From positions 1 to 33,619 of the forward strand of contig NW_005201349.1 of assembly GCF_000372725.1 (NCBI RefSeq): 33,619 bases of DNA, written 5' to 3'. This DNA comes from Emiliania huxleyi CCMP1516. Lineage: Eukaryota. The notes beneath the pieces are model-generated. The model saw nothing but the letters and a program-made list of their open reading frames with translations, was not told where the DNA came from and made no database searches. Numbering within the stretch: the first letter of the stretch is position 1; each line of letters opens with the position of its first letter. A program made the translations under genes and the position numbers. Positions 10,240 through 22,037 of this stretch are shown one piece after another.

Positions 10240-11819
10240 ATGAGCGGCGCCATCCTCCCTACCCGCCTCGCCGACCTGGCTCGGGGCGACCTGGCCTGGC
10301 TGCGCGCCTTCCTCTCCGGGCAGGGGACGCGCGGCACGTCGCTCGCGGCCCAGCTCGACGCGCGGCAAAACACCGTCACGCAGGACACGCTGCTCACCTG
10401 GGCCGCTCGTCACGGGCAGGCCGAGGCGGCGCGGCTGCTGCTCGAGGGCGGCGCGAGCGTCGGGGCGACGACTGGCGGCGGCGCTTCCGCGCTGTATACC
10501 GCGTGCCAGCAGGGGCAGATTGAGTGCGCCCGGCTGCTCCTCGAGGCTGGCGCGGCGACCGATCACGCAGACGCTGAAGGCTTCACGCCGCTGTACGCCG
10601 CGAGCTTCAACGGCGATATCGAATGCGTTCGGCTGCTTCTCGAGGCGAGCGCGGCGGTCAACCACGCCAAGGACGGCGGCGCCACGCCGCTGATCATCGC
10701 GTGCCACAAGGGCCACCTCGAGATCGCCCGGCTGCTGCGCGACGCTGGCGCGGCCGTCAACCAGGCCGAGGAGAGCGGCGTCACGCCACTGCTCGTTGCG
10801 AGCCAGGAAGGCCAGCTTGAGTGCGTCCGGCTGCTCCTCGAGGCTGGCGCGGCGATCGACCAGGCCGATGAGCAGGGCGCCACGCCGCTGTTCCCTGCGT
10901 GCCAGAACGGGCACCTCGAGATCGCCCGGCTGCTCCTCGAGGCTGGCGCGGCGGTAAGCCAAGCCAGAAGCGACGGCGCCACGCCGCTGTTCGCGGCGTG
11001 CTACCAGGGCCACCTCGAGGTCGCCAAGCTCCTCTCCTCCTACGGCGCCTCCCGCGCCGCTACGCCCTTCGGCACGCCCGAGGAGGCCGCAAACCGCGAA
11101 GGCCACGCCGACCTCGCCGCCTGGCTGGTCGCCAGCCGCGGCTGGACGCCGCTCCAGCACCTCGAGGCGTGCCCGAGACTAGCGGCCGAAGGCGTGAGTG
11201 CATTGTCCTCACGCCCATTGCCCCTCTTCCGCAGGCGCTCACCGTCGAGCGTGCGCGGGCGCTGCTGCGCGGCGGCGCTGACCCGCTCGCCGGCGCGCCT
11301 TCTGCCCTCGAGCGGGCGCGCGTCCTCTGCTCGTGGGGCGAGTCGGATCCGACCGCTGCGGCCGTCGGTTCCACAGTCGTGATCCGCTCTCTCGTCTCGC
11401 GGCCCTCGATGAACGGCAAGGTCGGCGTCGTCGTCTCCGCCAACGCTTCGACGGGACGCTTCGGCGTGCGCGTGGCGGGCGAGGCCAAGGCACTCGCACT
11501 GAGGCGCGCAATGCAATGGTCTCTCCCCGACTCGCCGGATCCTCTCTTTGACACACCTCTGCCCTCCCTCAGGCCGGCCAACCTGCAGCCAGCGGCCGAG
11601 GCGGGGGAGGTGGGCAGGCTCATCCTCAAGGCGGCGGAGTGGTCGCCGCAGTCGCACGAGCTCTTCCCGGAGGCGGCTCGCAAGTGGGCGGTCGAGGTGA
11701 TGCGGCTGGGCTACCTGATCGCCTGGGACGAGGAGCGCTTCGAGGGCCGCGAGGGAGCGGCTCCGGAGCTGGCGGACATCTGGCGCGGCTTTGTCCTGCC
11801 AAGGGTGGTGGTGCGATGA
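10240..11819 (+). CDS. Ankyrin-repeat protein (~8 repeats) with C-terminal SH3-like module; paralog 1
   Basis: TPL..AC..GHLE.ARLLLEAGA repeats. GC-AG introns 11167-11234 and 11504-11572. C-terminal VGSTVVIRSLVSRPSMNGKVGVV..GRFGVRV..ALALRPANL. ATG at 10240 aligns with the paralog's ATG at 28517. Confidence 0.9.
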
Positions 11820-12051
11820 CTCACTCGATCCGCACGGGGTTTTCAGTGAGAGGGCTAAACCCCCATTCTTGCCGTTGCCCCTGTGCGGTCGCGTCTCTTT
11901 GAGCTTTCCTTTCTTTTCTCTCGCCGTCGCCCCCGCGCGGTGGCGAGCACGAGCTGGAAGCGGTACGCGGTAACACGCGGTACGCGGTACGGCTCCTTTT
12001 TATTTGTGCGCGCGAGGGCTATGTTTGATGACGGACCTGCATTTCGGAAGT

Positions 12052-15025
12052 TTACGCGAACCTTCCCACACCTGTACCTGAAGAGAGGCGCGCGAACTCG
12101 AGGTCCAGGCTCCAGGGGACGCCCAAGAGCTCAGAGCCCTTGGTCAGGGCGGTGTCTCCTCGGGGTGGCGCAGCGGACACAGCTGCCTCGCCCTCGCCCT
12201 GCCCGCCCTCGCGGTCACCTGCCGGCGCCCGCCTCGCAGCGGCGCGTCTCGGGGTTGAAGAAGGTTCCTAGAAGGTTCCCAGAAGGCTCGCAGGAGGCTC
12301 CTAGAGGGCCCCTAGAAGGGTTGAAGGAGGTGCCGGCGTCGCAGCCGACGACCTGCCGCCGCCTCCGCGCCTTGCCGCCGCCGCCAGCTTGCCCTCCCAC
12401 AAGCGACGGCCCCTGCGCGATGGCGCCGCTCGCGTCCACAAACGCCTGTTCACAGCTGCAGGCGTGAAGGGGCGCTGCTCACACCGCCGCAGGCAGGAGA
12501 GTAGGGCCGAGGGCGCCTCGCCGCCCTCCTCCGGCAGCCGGTTGGTGGCGATGGAGGGGGCGGCGCTGCCTCCGGGCAGCGCCCGCTTGCGCGCCTAGCC
12601 AAAGCAGAGTCAAGGAGGCGGCTCAGAGGCTGCTGACGCCGCCGCCGCCGCCCCCGCCGCGCTCGCCTCCGCCTCCCTTCCCGCGGCCTGGGCGGACGCG
12701 TCCCGGATCATCAGCCTCCCGCACGCGTCGTGGCACTTCTCGAGATGGCACTGCGCCTGGTGACTCACTGTCGACGGGTGGGGGACCACTCTTGCGTCGG
12801 CGGGCCTCGATGGCGCACTGCGCCAGATGTGCTTTGGAGCCGAGCGCCACGTAGATCCCTGTTCACCGCTGGAGGCGTGAAGAGACGCTGTTCACACCAC
12901 GCTCTCCACACCTCAGCGCCACGTCGACTCCTCCGCCGCAATGCCGCGCCACGTTGTGGGTGAAGACGCTCTTAGACGCCTCGAGGCCGCCTAGAAAGAA
13001 AGCAGAAGCCCCGCTTCTGTGCCTAGACAGAACAGAAGACGCGCTTGACGCGCGAGGCCGGCTGGCGCGGGCACGGGTGACGGGGAATGATTGACTGTTC
13101 GAGACGGCGCTCTTGGACGCAGCGAGGCCGCGCAAAAAGGCCGACACAGCCATCTCGGGTGATCTCGGGCGATCTCGGGAGATCTCGGGAGATCTCGGGC
13201 GATCTCGGGCGATCTCGGGCGATCTCGGGTCATCTCGGGCGATCTCGGGCGATCTCGGGCGATCTCGGGTCATCTCGGGCGATCTCGGGCGATCTCGGGT
13301 CATCTCGGGTCATCTCGGGTCATCTCGGGTCATCTCGGGTCATCTCGCCGCCTTCGCTTGCGAGCGCCCCCCCGTTGACGGCCTTGCAGTTCCGCATCGC
13401 AACGTTCTGCAGCAGGATGCGGTCGAGGTATGGCCGAGGCACAGCCGAGGTCCAGCCGAAGTGTAGCCGAGGCACAGCCGAGGTCCAGCCGAGATGCAGC
13501 CGAGATGCAGCCGAGATGCAGCCGAAATATAGCCGAGGAACAGCCGAGATGCAGCCGAAGTATAGCCGAGGTCCAGCCGAGATACAGCCGAGGTGCAACC
13601 GAGAGAGAGCGCCTGCAGCACCAGCGCCCCAAGGCTGTTGACGCAGCCGCCGGCGCCCGCGCGCGCGTCGGCGTCCAGCAGCTGATCTGCGCTGCCTACG
13701 TGCCGGGTACACCCCCCCTCAGGGGCAGGAGAAGACGGTGTTGCGCAGAGCAGCGCGTGAATCTGCGGGAGGACGCGTGCGGCGTTGAGTACCGCGGAAA
13801 CGGCCGAGTACGGCGGAGTGCGTGTCCTCTCGAGCGCTGGCAAGAGCGCGTCTTCCGCCTCTGGGCTCCGTGCTGCTAGATATGGGGGGGGGGGGACGGG
13901 GGAGATGCGGGCAGATCTTCCGCTTCTAGGCTGCGATGCCGCGCTCGAACTGGAGTGTGTTCAGGTGCACCTCTGAGCCGGCGCCTGTGCGCAGGAGATC
14001 GCAACCTCGGGAGCTGTTTGTGAGCTGTGAGCTGTGCATCCAGCAGCCCGGCCCCAGTAGTACGTACGGCCGGTGGCGGCGCGCCTCGTGTCGGCTCCCG
14101 AGCCAGTCGTGCGCAGCGAGTGTGTGGAGTGTGTGCGTGTGGCTCCGCGCTGGGAGAGGCGTGTAGCGCTGACTGGCTGCCTGTGCGGAGGATCTGAACA
14201 GCGCCTCCGCCGTCGAGAATTGTGCCGACGGGGCTGCTCAGCCCTGCGGCCTGCGAGAGATAGCCGAGGTATGGCCGAGAGACAGCCGAGGTATAGCCGA
14301 GAGATAGCCGAGATGTGCCGCCGCGGCGACTGCACACACCTTCTCTGCGCTGGCGGCGAGGTTCGGCTTCGTCGCGAGCTCGCCTCCGCCGACGATGCCT
14401 AGTTGTCGACTCTTGACTAATGATTGACTATTCATTCTCAACAGCCTCCGCCGACGATAGTTGCTCAGCTCCGAACTAACTCTCTCACAATGTAATTACT
14501 CATTATTGACGGCACGAGCTCGCCTCCGCCGGCGATGCCGCCTCCGTCGTCCGCCGAGCCGGCGTCGGGCTCCGGCGGAGGCGCCGAGCCGACGATCTGC
14601 AGCCGGCCCGTCGCCTCTGGCAGCGAGCTCTGCAAGCGGATTCTCCCGGCCGCCACGAGGACCGTGACCGAGGTGCTCGGGCTCATCGTGTTTGCGAGCT
14701 CGATCGCCGCGCGGAGCGTGCAGTCGTTGCGCCCGTCGAGGCTGGACGGCGGCGGCAGGCCCGCCGACTGGGCCCACGTCACCGCGACGCACGTGCCGCC
14801 CGCGTCGCCCACGCTGCCCGCTAAGATCAGCACGGCGCGCGACGAGGAGAGCTGCGTCAGACCAGAGGGCTGCAGCGTCACCGACTCGGCGCCAGCGCTC
14901 GCCGCGAGAGCCAGCACTAGCAGCGGCAGGCGGAGCGTGGCGCGAGTGAGCCGGGGTTGGCCTCTTCTCACGACTTCAGTCCTCGGCGGGCCTGTGCGGC
15001 TTGTGCTCGCGCTCGCTGCAGCCAT
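12052..15025 (-). CDS. Secreted CSLREA-motif / GGA-repeat (Pmp-like beta-helix) protein, multi-exon
   Basis: Hydrophobic LPLLVLALAASAGA, then DCTLRAAIELAN (CSLREA-like), ILDGGGAVQIL, GGCVNSLGALVLQ-NVAMRNCKAVNGGAL, VFTHNVARHCGG-GIYVALG. Introns carry 10/11-bp repeats. The 3' end is uncertain. Confidence 0.65.
13150..13347 (-). repeat. Intronic 10-bp tandem repeat (GAGATCGCCC/GAGATGACCC)
   Basis: About 19 units; same family as 122-230 and 17267-17345. Confidence 0.95.
13432..13602 (+). repeat. Intronic 11-bp tandem repeat (AGCCGAGATGC family)
   Basis: Same family at 1305-1365, 1520-1572, 1730-1770 and 14260-14315. Confidence 0.95.
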
Positions 15026-16297
15026 GCAGTGCGGGGCAAGCGCCGTTTTGATGTGCAAGCGCCGACACACCAAGTTCACAGAAAAAGAATTCAACATTTC
15101 TCTCGCCGACACAGGTTCGACACATGACAAGGGAGAGAACGACGAGAGTGGGACGGCCGCGAGGTGGCATGAAGGTTGCAGCGAGAATCGGCAAGAGACT
15201 GCGAAAAGAGATAGGAAGAGGCAGACTCCCTAGGGTGGGCGACGGCTAGCGCATCACACTCCTCTCCTTAAAATCCCTGTGTGGTGGCGGCGTGCCGTCC
15301 TCCCATCCCTCCCTTGGGTTGTCTGTTTTCTTTCTTTCTTTTTTTAGGTTCGACACAGGTACCAAAAGGAGCACAGCAGACGGCAACCCCTTAGGCGCCG
15401 TCGAAGAGACCGGCCCACCTGGCCGGCCGCTCTTCCCCCCTCCCCTCGAAAGCGCGCTCAATCGCTCGCTCGTCGCACTCCACCCCCCGAGCCCACCTTG
15501 CCGCGCTGCGGGCCTCCCGCCGCCGGCCATCGCGGGACCGCCGCCCGCCGCCACCTCCCCCACTCCCCCGCGCCGCCCGCGCTGCCGCCGCCTCCGCGCG
15601 CTCTTCCGCCAGCAACCGCTCCCTCTGCGTCACCGCGATGGGCCCCTGGCGCATCCACGACAAGTCGCGGGCACGCCCTATCCAGGGGTTACTCGAATAC
15701 GGCGCTCTCCCTCTGCGCAGCTCCGAGTAGTCGCCAAAGCCCCCCCCCAAATAGCCCAGAAAAAGAATTTTACCAGGTTTAGGAGGAATGTTGAATTTTC
15801 TAAAAATCGCGCGGCACAGAACGATGCATCATCGGTGGAGGTACAAGTCTCCGACACGAGAGTGGACCTGAGCAACGATATGAGTTATGACTTGGCGGCA
15901 AACGACGGAGTGGGTGGGCGTCAGAAGAGTCGTCCTTGCGGTTGCGCGAGGAGAGCTCAATATACTCGAGGGACCAAATATGCCGAGAGGATGGCAGAGT
16001 TGAGCCGAAAGGCAGGAGAAGCCGCGAGAGCAAGGAATCGGCAGGCGGCGGCGGCGTCGGAGTGATGAAAGCACACTCCGATGGTTTCCGCATATCCTCG
16101 CGCGTGAACAGGGCTCCAGGCCCCAAATGACGTGTGAGTGTTAGAGTTGTTTGGTATTGCTAAAAATCTCTCTCTCTCTCAGAGGTGAAAGAAGCAACAT
16201 CAAAGAGCCTTGTCAAGACTCAAGAGAGAACTCCCTCTCCGCGCCCAGTGTCAGAAACCCCAATTCTTTGCCCAATGCGTCTGTGAGACAGAATTTT

Positions 16298-16401
<104 letters not shown>

Positions 16402-16455
16402 AACTTCTTTTCAGCGCGAATTCTTTTTTTCAGCGCTTCGACTGCACACGGCTTC

Positions 16456-18874
16456 ATGACGGCTCGCACGCGCAACATTCTCAAGTACTGCGTGCTGACG
16501 GCATCGACCATCGGCCCGGGCAGCGTGGCGATGTGCGCAAAGGCGGGCGCCGACTACGGCCACCGGCTTGTCTGGTGCGTCGCCGTCGCCGTCGCCGTAG
16601 CGTGGTCGTTGCAGCACGCGGCGGGGAGGCTCACGATCGAGGGAAAGCGCTCGCTTGGGCAGGCTATCCGGGATCTCTCGCCCAGTGGCGCAAAGGCGGT
16701 TGCGAGGCATGCCCTCACCCTGTTTGTGCTCGCGGGGAGCGTGGCGTACGAGTGCAACATCTTCTCGGGCGTCGCGTCCGGCGTCGAGCTGCTGACGGAC
16801 GAGAGCGCCATCCGGATCGCCTTCCTGTGGCTCAACGGGCCGCTCTGCTGCGCCCTCCTCCTCGCCGGGTCCACGGACGCCGTCTCGGCAGCGCTGGGCG
16901 TGGTGGCGTTCATGCTCGCCGTGCTCTTTGGCGCGGTCGTGGCGGCGTGTGGCCTGCAGCCTGGCTTCGTCAGCGGCCTGGTGCCCTCCTTCCCGCCCAA
17001 GTCGGTGCCCGACGCCCTGGGACTGATGGGCACGACGGCGGTGCCGCTCAACCTCCTGCTCGGCTCCGCCATCGCCAAGGGCGGCACTGTGGCGGCGATG
17101 CGCGAGGGCGTCGCCGCCGCGTCGCTGCTGACGGGTATCTTCTCTCGCTGCTCGTCCCTCTGGCCGCTGCCACCTCGCAGTCCGTTTTGAGCTCTGTTTC
17201 GTGTGCAGGCCTTCTCTCGCTGCTCATCCTCGCCGCCGGCGCAGAGGCGAGCCCGACGTTTGCCCCGGGCAATCTCGGGCAATCTCGGGCAATCTCGGGC
17301 AATCTCGGGCAATCTCGGGTAAGCTCGGGTATCTCTCGGGCAATCTAAAGGCGAGCCCGACGTTTGCTCCGGTGCACCTGGCGGACGAGACGGCGAGCTT
17401 CGAGCTCCGCCATTTGGCAGAAGTGCTGCAGCGCATCGGCGGCAGCGCCGGCGTCTCGTGCTTCGCGGTCGGGCTGTACGGCGCCGGAATCTCGTCGGCA
17501 CTCACGGCGCCGCTCGGCTCGGCCCTCGCCGCGGCCGAGGAAACCGCTGCTCTCTCTCTTCACACGCCTGCAGGGTGTGAACAGGTGCCGCTCGGCTCGG
17601 CGCTCGCGGTGGAGGACTTGCTGGGCTGGAGGGCCACGCCGCAGCCTGGAGAGAAGAGAGGCGAGTCGAGCAAGGGTAGTAGAAGCACAGTAAGCAGCTC
17701 CTCCGCGCTCCAAGAACGGAACCCCTTCTCTCACGCCCAAGCGACCCAGGACGAGGCGTTGCTTAGATCCACACCCCCTAGGGACCGGGGCGAGGGAAGA
17801 GACTATCGTTACTATCGAGAGACAACTACTTACCGGCACACCGCCTATAGTATACTTAGACACACACACACACACACCGCTCACCCACGCGCACTGGGCC
17901 TTGCACTTTGAATGCCGTGGGGCTCCTGTCGTCAGACGTGGAGACGCGAGGGCTTCCCCCCCCCCCTTGCCCCACCACCTCGTGTGTGTGGAGAAGTTTA
18001 CCTTACCTTACCTTACCTTACTATAGGCGCGTCGTGGGCGACGGGCGGCCGCGCGTGCCTGCAGTGCGCCATCGTCTTGCTCGGGATGGTACCGTCGCTG
18101 CTGCGGCTGCCGACGATGGGGGTGGTCCTCGGCTCGCCTCGCAACTCGGCTCCTAAAAAAGAAGTACTGTACGAGCGCGTGCTTCTCTGATAGGTGATCC
18201 TCGCCGCGCAGATCGTCAACGGGCGGCTGCTCCCCTCGTTCTGGTGTCCCTGCGCGCCCCGAGAAGACCCGCGAGACGACGCCCCGGGAGATTACGGGAG
18301 ATTAGGCTCCTGCTCCCCTTCGTCTCGGCGAGCCTCGCTATCTGCCTCAACGACCGGGGCATCATGGGCGCCGCGCTTCCGGCGGCGGCGGGCCTCCTCC
18401 CGGCCCATTGCGCCGAGCCTGTTCGCCAATTAATACATGAATCGACTACCTCAGCAGGCGGGCCTCCTCCCGACCCTTGCGCCGAGCCTCGCCGCGTCCT
18501 TCTTCCTCGCGAGCATGGTCCTGTTTGGCCGGTCTGCAGACGACGGCGATTCGGACCTGGAGCAAGGGGAGGCGCCCCGCGAAGCCCGAGTAGTGCTGTA
18601 TAGTAGAGTAGGCGCGACCTTCACTCCAGAAGACGTCTGGCACCTATCCCACGCCCCCAAGCGACTAGTGATAGAAGCCCCCCCCCCCCCCCCCCCCGCG
18701 CGCCCGAGCGCACGCGGAGGTGACTGTGTGTGTGGAGACACGCGCCTTGGGTTACCCCACCTCTCTTACTCACCTTAGGCCGTCACCTCCCTCGTCCCCG
18801 CCGCGGGGGCGACCGTCGCCGGCTTGGCCGCCGTCGCCGTGCTAGTGCGGCGCGCGCGCCGTGGGGCGTGGTGA
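16456..18874 (+). CDS. NRAMP/MntH-related divalent-cation transporter (GPG-type), multi-exon
   Basis: TASTIGPGSVAMCAKAGADYGHRLVW, LQHAAGRLTI, LGLMGTTAVPLNLLLGS, FAVGLYGAGISSALTAPL, ILAAQIVNG-LLLPF, LNDRGIMG. Multiple TM segments. Last exon AVTSLV...RRGAW* with stop at 18872-18874. Confidence 0.85.
17860..18026 (+). mobile_element. SINE-like family A, copy 2 (in a transporter intron, ending at the 3' splice site)
   Basis: Core as in copy 1. The (CCTTA)n tail runs directly into CTATAG|GCGCGTCG, where coding resumes. Confidence 0.8.
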
Positions 18875-19107
18875 GCACTAACGTACCCCACCAAAGTGGT
18901 GCCTTGATGCCTCGGACCCTCGATCGGACCCAATCCATGCGTAAAAGCTAGCAGCTGCGCAAAAAGAGAGCGTTAGTTGGCTGAAAGAAAGAGAGGCGAG
19001 GAGCCCGACCCCCCGAGCTCGTCGGTTGGTGAGAAAAGAAAGAAAGAGCTGGGCCATCGCGCCCGCGTGCCGTGTCGGCGTGCCGCGATGAGAGCGAGAC
19101 CGATGTC

Positions 19108-19297
19108 CACACACACACACACAACACACACACCGCTCACCCACGCGCACTGGGGCCTTGCACTTTCAATGCCGTGGGGCTCCTGTCGTCTAGACGTGGA
19201 GACGCGAGGAAGGCCCGCCCCCTTGCCCCACCACCTCGTGTGTGTGGTGGAGAAGTTTACCTTATCCATTACCTTACCTTACCTTACCTTACCTTAC
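19108..19297 (+). mobile_element. SINE-like family A, copy 3
   Basis: Core as in copies 1 and 2, with a longer (CCTTA)n tail. Confidence 0.8.
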
Positions 19298-19529
19298 ATC
19301 CACAGCCAGTCCAGTGTCATGCACCCGGTGCGAGATAGAGCTCTAGGGGTGTGGATGCTGAGTTGACGGAAACGGGACGCGACCCACCTCGCCACAGACG
19401 GTCCCGCGCCTCGCCGCTACGGGGTGTGGAGGGTGAGTTGACCAGGGGTTGTGCGCTGGGCCCTCGGCTTGGGCACCGCTTGGTAGTTGGTCCCTTGCCC
19501 CCCGTTGCTAATCTCGCCGCGCTGGGGGC

Positions 19530-19850
19530 TCAAGGTGACGTCCGCGCCTCCTGCCACTCTCGAATCGTCCGGCGCAAGTTGTGGTTCGGGATCAAGATGC
19601 TATGCTCGAGCTCGCCGCCGGTCAGCGGGCTCGTCGACTTGGTCGCGAGCCAGCGCTCGATCGCCGACCGCTCATACGACTGCCCATCGGCCGCCACGAC
19701 TGGCTCGACCATGACCTCGGTTGTGATCGGGCAGATGAAGTCGGCCGGCGGCTCCTCCTCCTCCTTCGCAACCGGCGCCTCTGCAGCCGACGGCGAGCCG
19801 CCCTCGGTCGCAGCGACAAGCGTCCGCTTCTCCACCACCGTACTCGCTGG
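19530..19850 (-). CDS. U-box (E3 ubiquitin ligase) domain terminal exon; upstream exons not identified
   Basis: PPADFICPITTEVMVEPVVAADGQSYERSAIERWLATKSTSPLTGGELEHSILIPNHNLRRTIREW is a canonical U-box. Stop at 19530-19532. Confidence 0.8.
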   Translation of the reverse strand, partial: PASTVVEKRTLVAATEGGSPSAAEAPVAKEEEEPPADFICPITTEVMVEPVVAADGQSYERSAIERWLATKSTSPLTGGELEHSILIPNHNLRRTIREWQEARTSP

Positions 19851-20383
19851 AGCCGAGCAGGAGGGCCCGGCGCACAACCCCTGGTCAACTCACCCCCTCC
19901 ACATCTCCCGTACGGCTCTCTGTGCATAGAAAACAACAGCGGCCGCGCGTCACCGACCTCTGTGAGCTGTGTATGCCCAGACATGCGCATCATAGCATCG
20001 TGCATATGGAGTTGTCGGAATGATACAACACAAGTCGTACAACGAGCTGCACAACAATACATCAAATCGTACAGATGGAGCATGACAAGCGACACAGGTG
20101 ACGAAGAAGTTTGCCTTTTCAGGGAGACAGCGCTGCGCGACGGCGCTGCTGCAACGCTGAAGAGCTGCAGCATGCAACCCGTGTGTCGCAGGCCGCGCCT
20201 CCCACCCTGGTCGGAAGCGGCGAGGCAGCGGGGGCGTCCCGTCCCGGCCGGCGTCGCCTCGATCGGCAACGCCGCTTCGGCGTCCTGGGGGCTGCACGCC
20301 GCGAGGTGCGAAGGGGTGGTGGCTCCGCGTCTCCCTACCTAGAACAAGGGAGCACAAACGCGCGCGGGGCCCGTCGAAGGGCC

Positions 20384-21953
20384 TCAAAAGAGGACCGTGA
20401 GCGCGACGCCGAGAGGGATCAGCACGAGGCCCAGGACGAGGAGAGCCGAGGAGATAATGGAGAAGGGCGAGGCGCGCCGGTCGGGGAAGAGCTTGAAATA
20501 GGCCCAGCAGGGGAAAGCGAAGGCGATCGTCGAGCCGCACACGGACCCGATCAGGTCAACGACCTAGTTAATTAGTGCAAGGCATGGTGAGCTCCTCCCC
20601 ACGCACACAATGGTGGTGTGGCTAGGGAGACCTCTCGCACATCAGTCCACGTCGTAAGACTAAGACTGGGTCGTGGTGGGGTGTGTGTGGGGCGGGGGGG
20701 GGAGAGGTCGTCTCGACCTTGCCGATGTCGTCCAGAACAAGCCCGATCAGGGTGGTGAAGGCGATGAAGCCGAGGGTGATCGCGACGCGGAGGCGCTGCG
20801 TCTCGAACTTGCTGCCGAACGAGTAGGTGCGCAGGCGGAGGAGCTCGCGCTGAATGCGGCTCCGGTCCTGCCGCGTCGCCAGCACACATCTCGGCGTCAG
20901 GGTCTTGAAGATACGGCAGCTCGTGTGCTACCTTAGCGTATTCGAGGCCGCGTGTGGCTATACGAGGGCTACGAACACAGCGCGAGCAGCGTTGAACGCG
21001 GTTCGTGAGATCCCACGTTTGCTGGCCAGAATACTTCGGACCCGCTTTCGCATCTAAGTGGCCCCGCTCCTCCGGGAGAGCCACGGACTTGCGGGTGAGG
21101 GACGACACCAGAGTCGTGTCCTTGGACTCAATCTCGCCGACGGACCCCGCCTAATACATGTATTAGTCAGGAGATCGCCGTCACCACACCTCAACAAGTG
21201 GTTGCCCTGTCCTCGCCGATTGACCCCGCCTGGGTGTGTATGTTAGGCAGGTGATCACCGTCGATGAGGTGTGTGGCGCCCCTGCACGCGCCGACGGACT
21301 CTTGCCTGGTCCTGCAGGCAGGCCACGTTCGGGCAGCAGCAGCGGCCAAAGGTGGCCAAGGCGGAGTCCATGGCGTTGCGCGTGGCTGCCACGGGCGCGG
21401 CGGGGTCAGGGGGGGGGGGGGGTCAGGGGGGGGGGGGGGGGGCCACAAGGCCCCCAAGGGTTTGGATGGGGCCCTAGGGGGGGGGGTGGGTGGGGGGGAC
21501 AAGGGAAAAATGGTGTGGGCGGGGCCCCCCCCCCAAACCCCTTTTTGGGGTAGAAAAAAATGACACCAAGGTTCACCCCCACTCGGGCGATTCCAAAGGG
21601 CCCCTTTTCCCCCTTTGGCCCCCCCCTGGAGGGAAGGCCCTCCCCCTAAAAAAAGGGGGGCTCCCCCTGGCCCAAAAAAAGCCCCCCTTTTTTCCGATAC
21701 CCCCCAACAATTTTTGACGCCCCCCCTTCCCCAAAGGTTTTGTACCCCCAAACGGGGAAAATCACGTAAAGGTTCTTCCCGAGCCCAAANNNNNNNNNNN
21801 NNNNNNNNNNNNNNNNNNNNNNNNNNNNNNNNNNNNNNNNNNNNNNNNNNNNNNNNNNNNNNNNNNNNNNNNNNNNNNNNNNNNNNNNNCATCTCGTTGT
21901 AGATGGGAGGGATGCTGTACTGGCAGTTGTAGGGGAGGGCCCCCAGGGATGTC

Positions 21954-22037
<84 letters not shown>

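Noticed and set aside
12863..13712. ORFs with SRAISGDLG or PRCSRDAAEMQ repeats
   Set aside because: They are translations of intronic 10/11-bp repeats, not proteins.
15292..16065. 257-aa ORF and the short MSYDLAANDG ORF
   Set aside because: No recognisable domain and mixed composition; coding status cannot be supported.
19150..19245. HDV-like ribozyme pseudoknot in family A (GGGCCTT/AAGGCCC plus GTGGGGC/GCCCCAC)
   Set aside because: The first pairing is not conserved in copies 1 and 2, and the L3 and J4/2 elements do not fit.
21405..21789. G/C homopolymer-rich tract suggesting G-quadruplexes or a Pro/Gly-rich protein
   Set aside because: It abuts the N gap and looks like a degraded read of transporter sequence.
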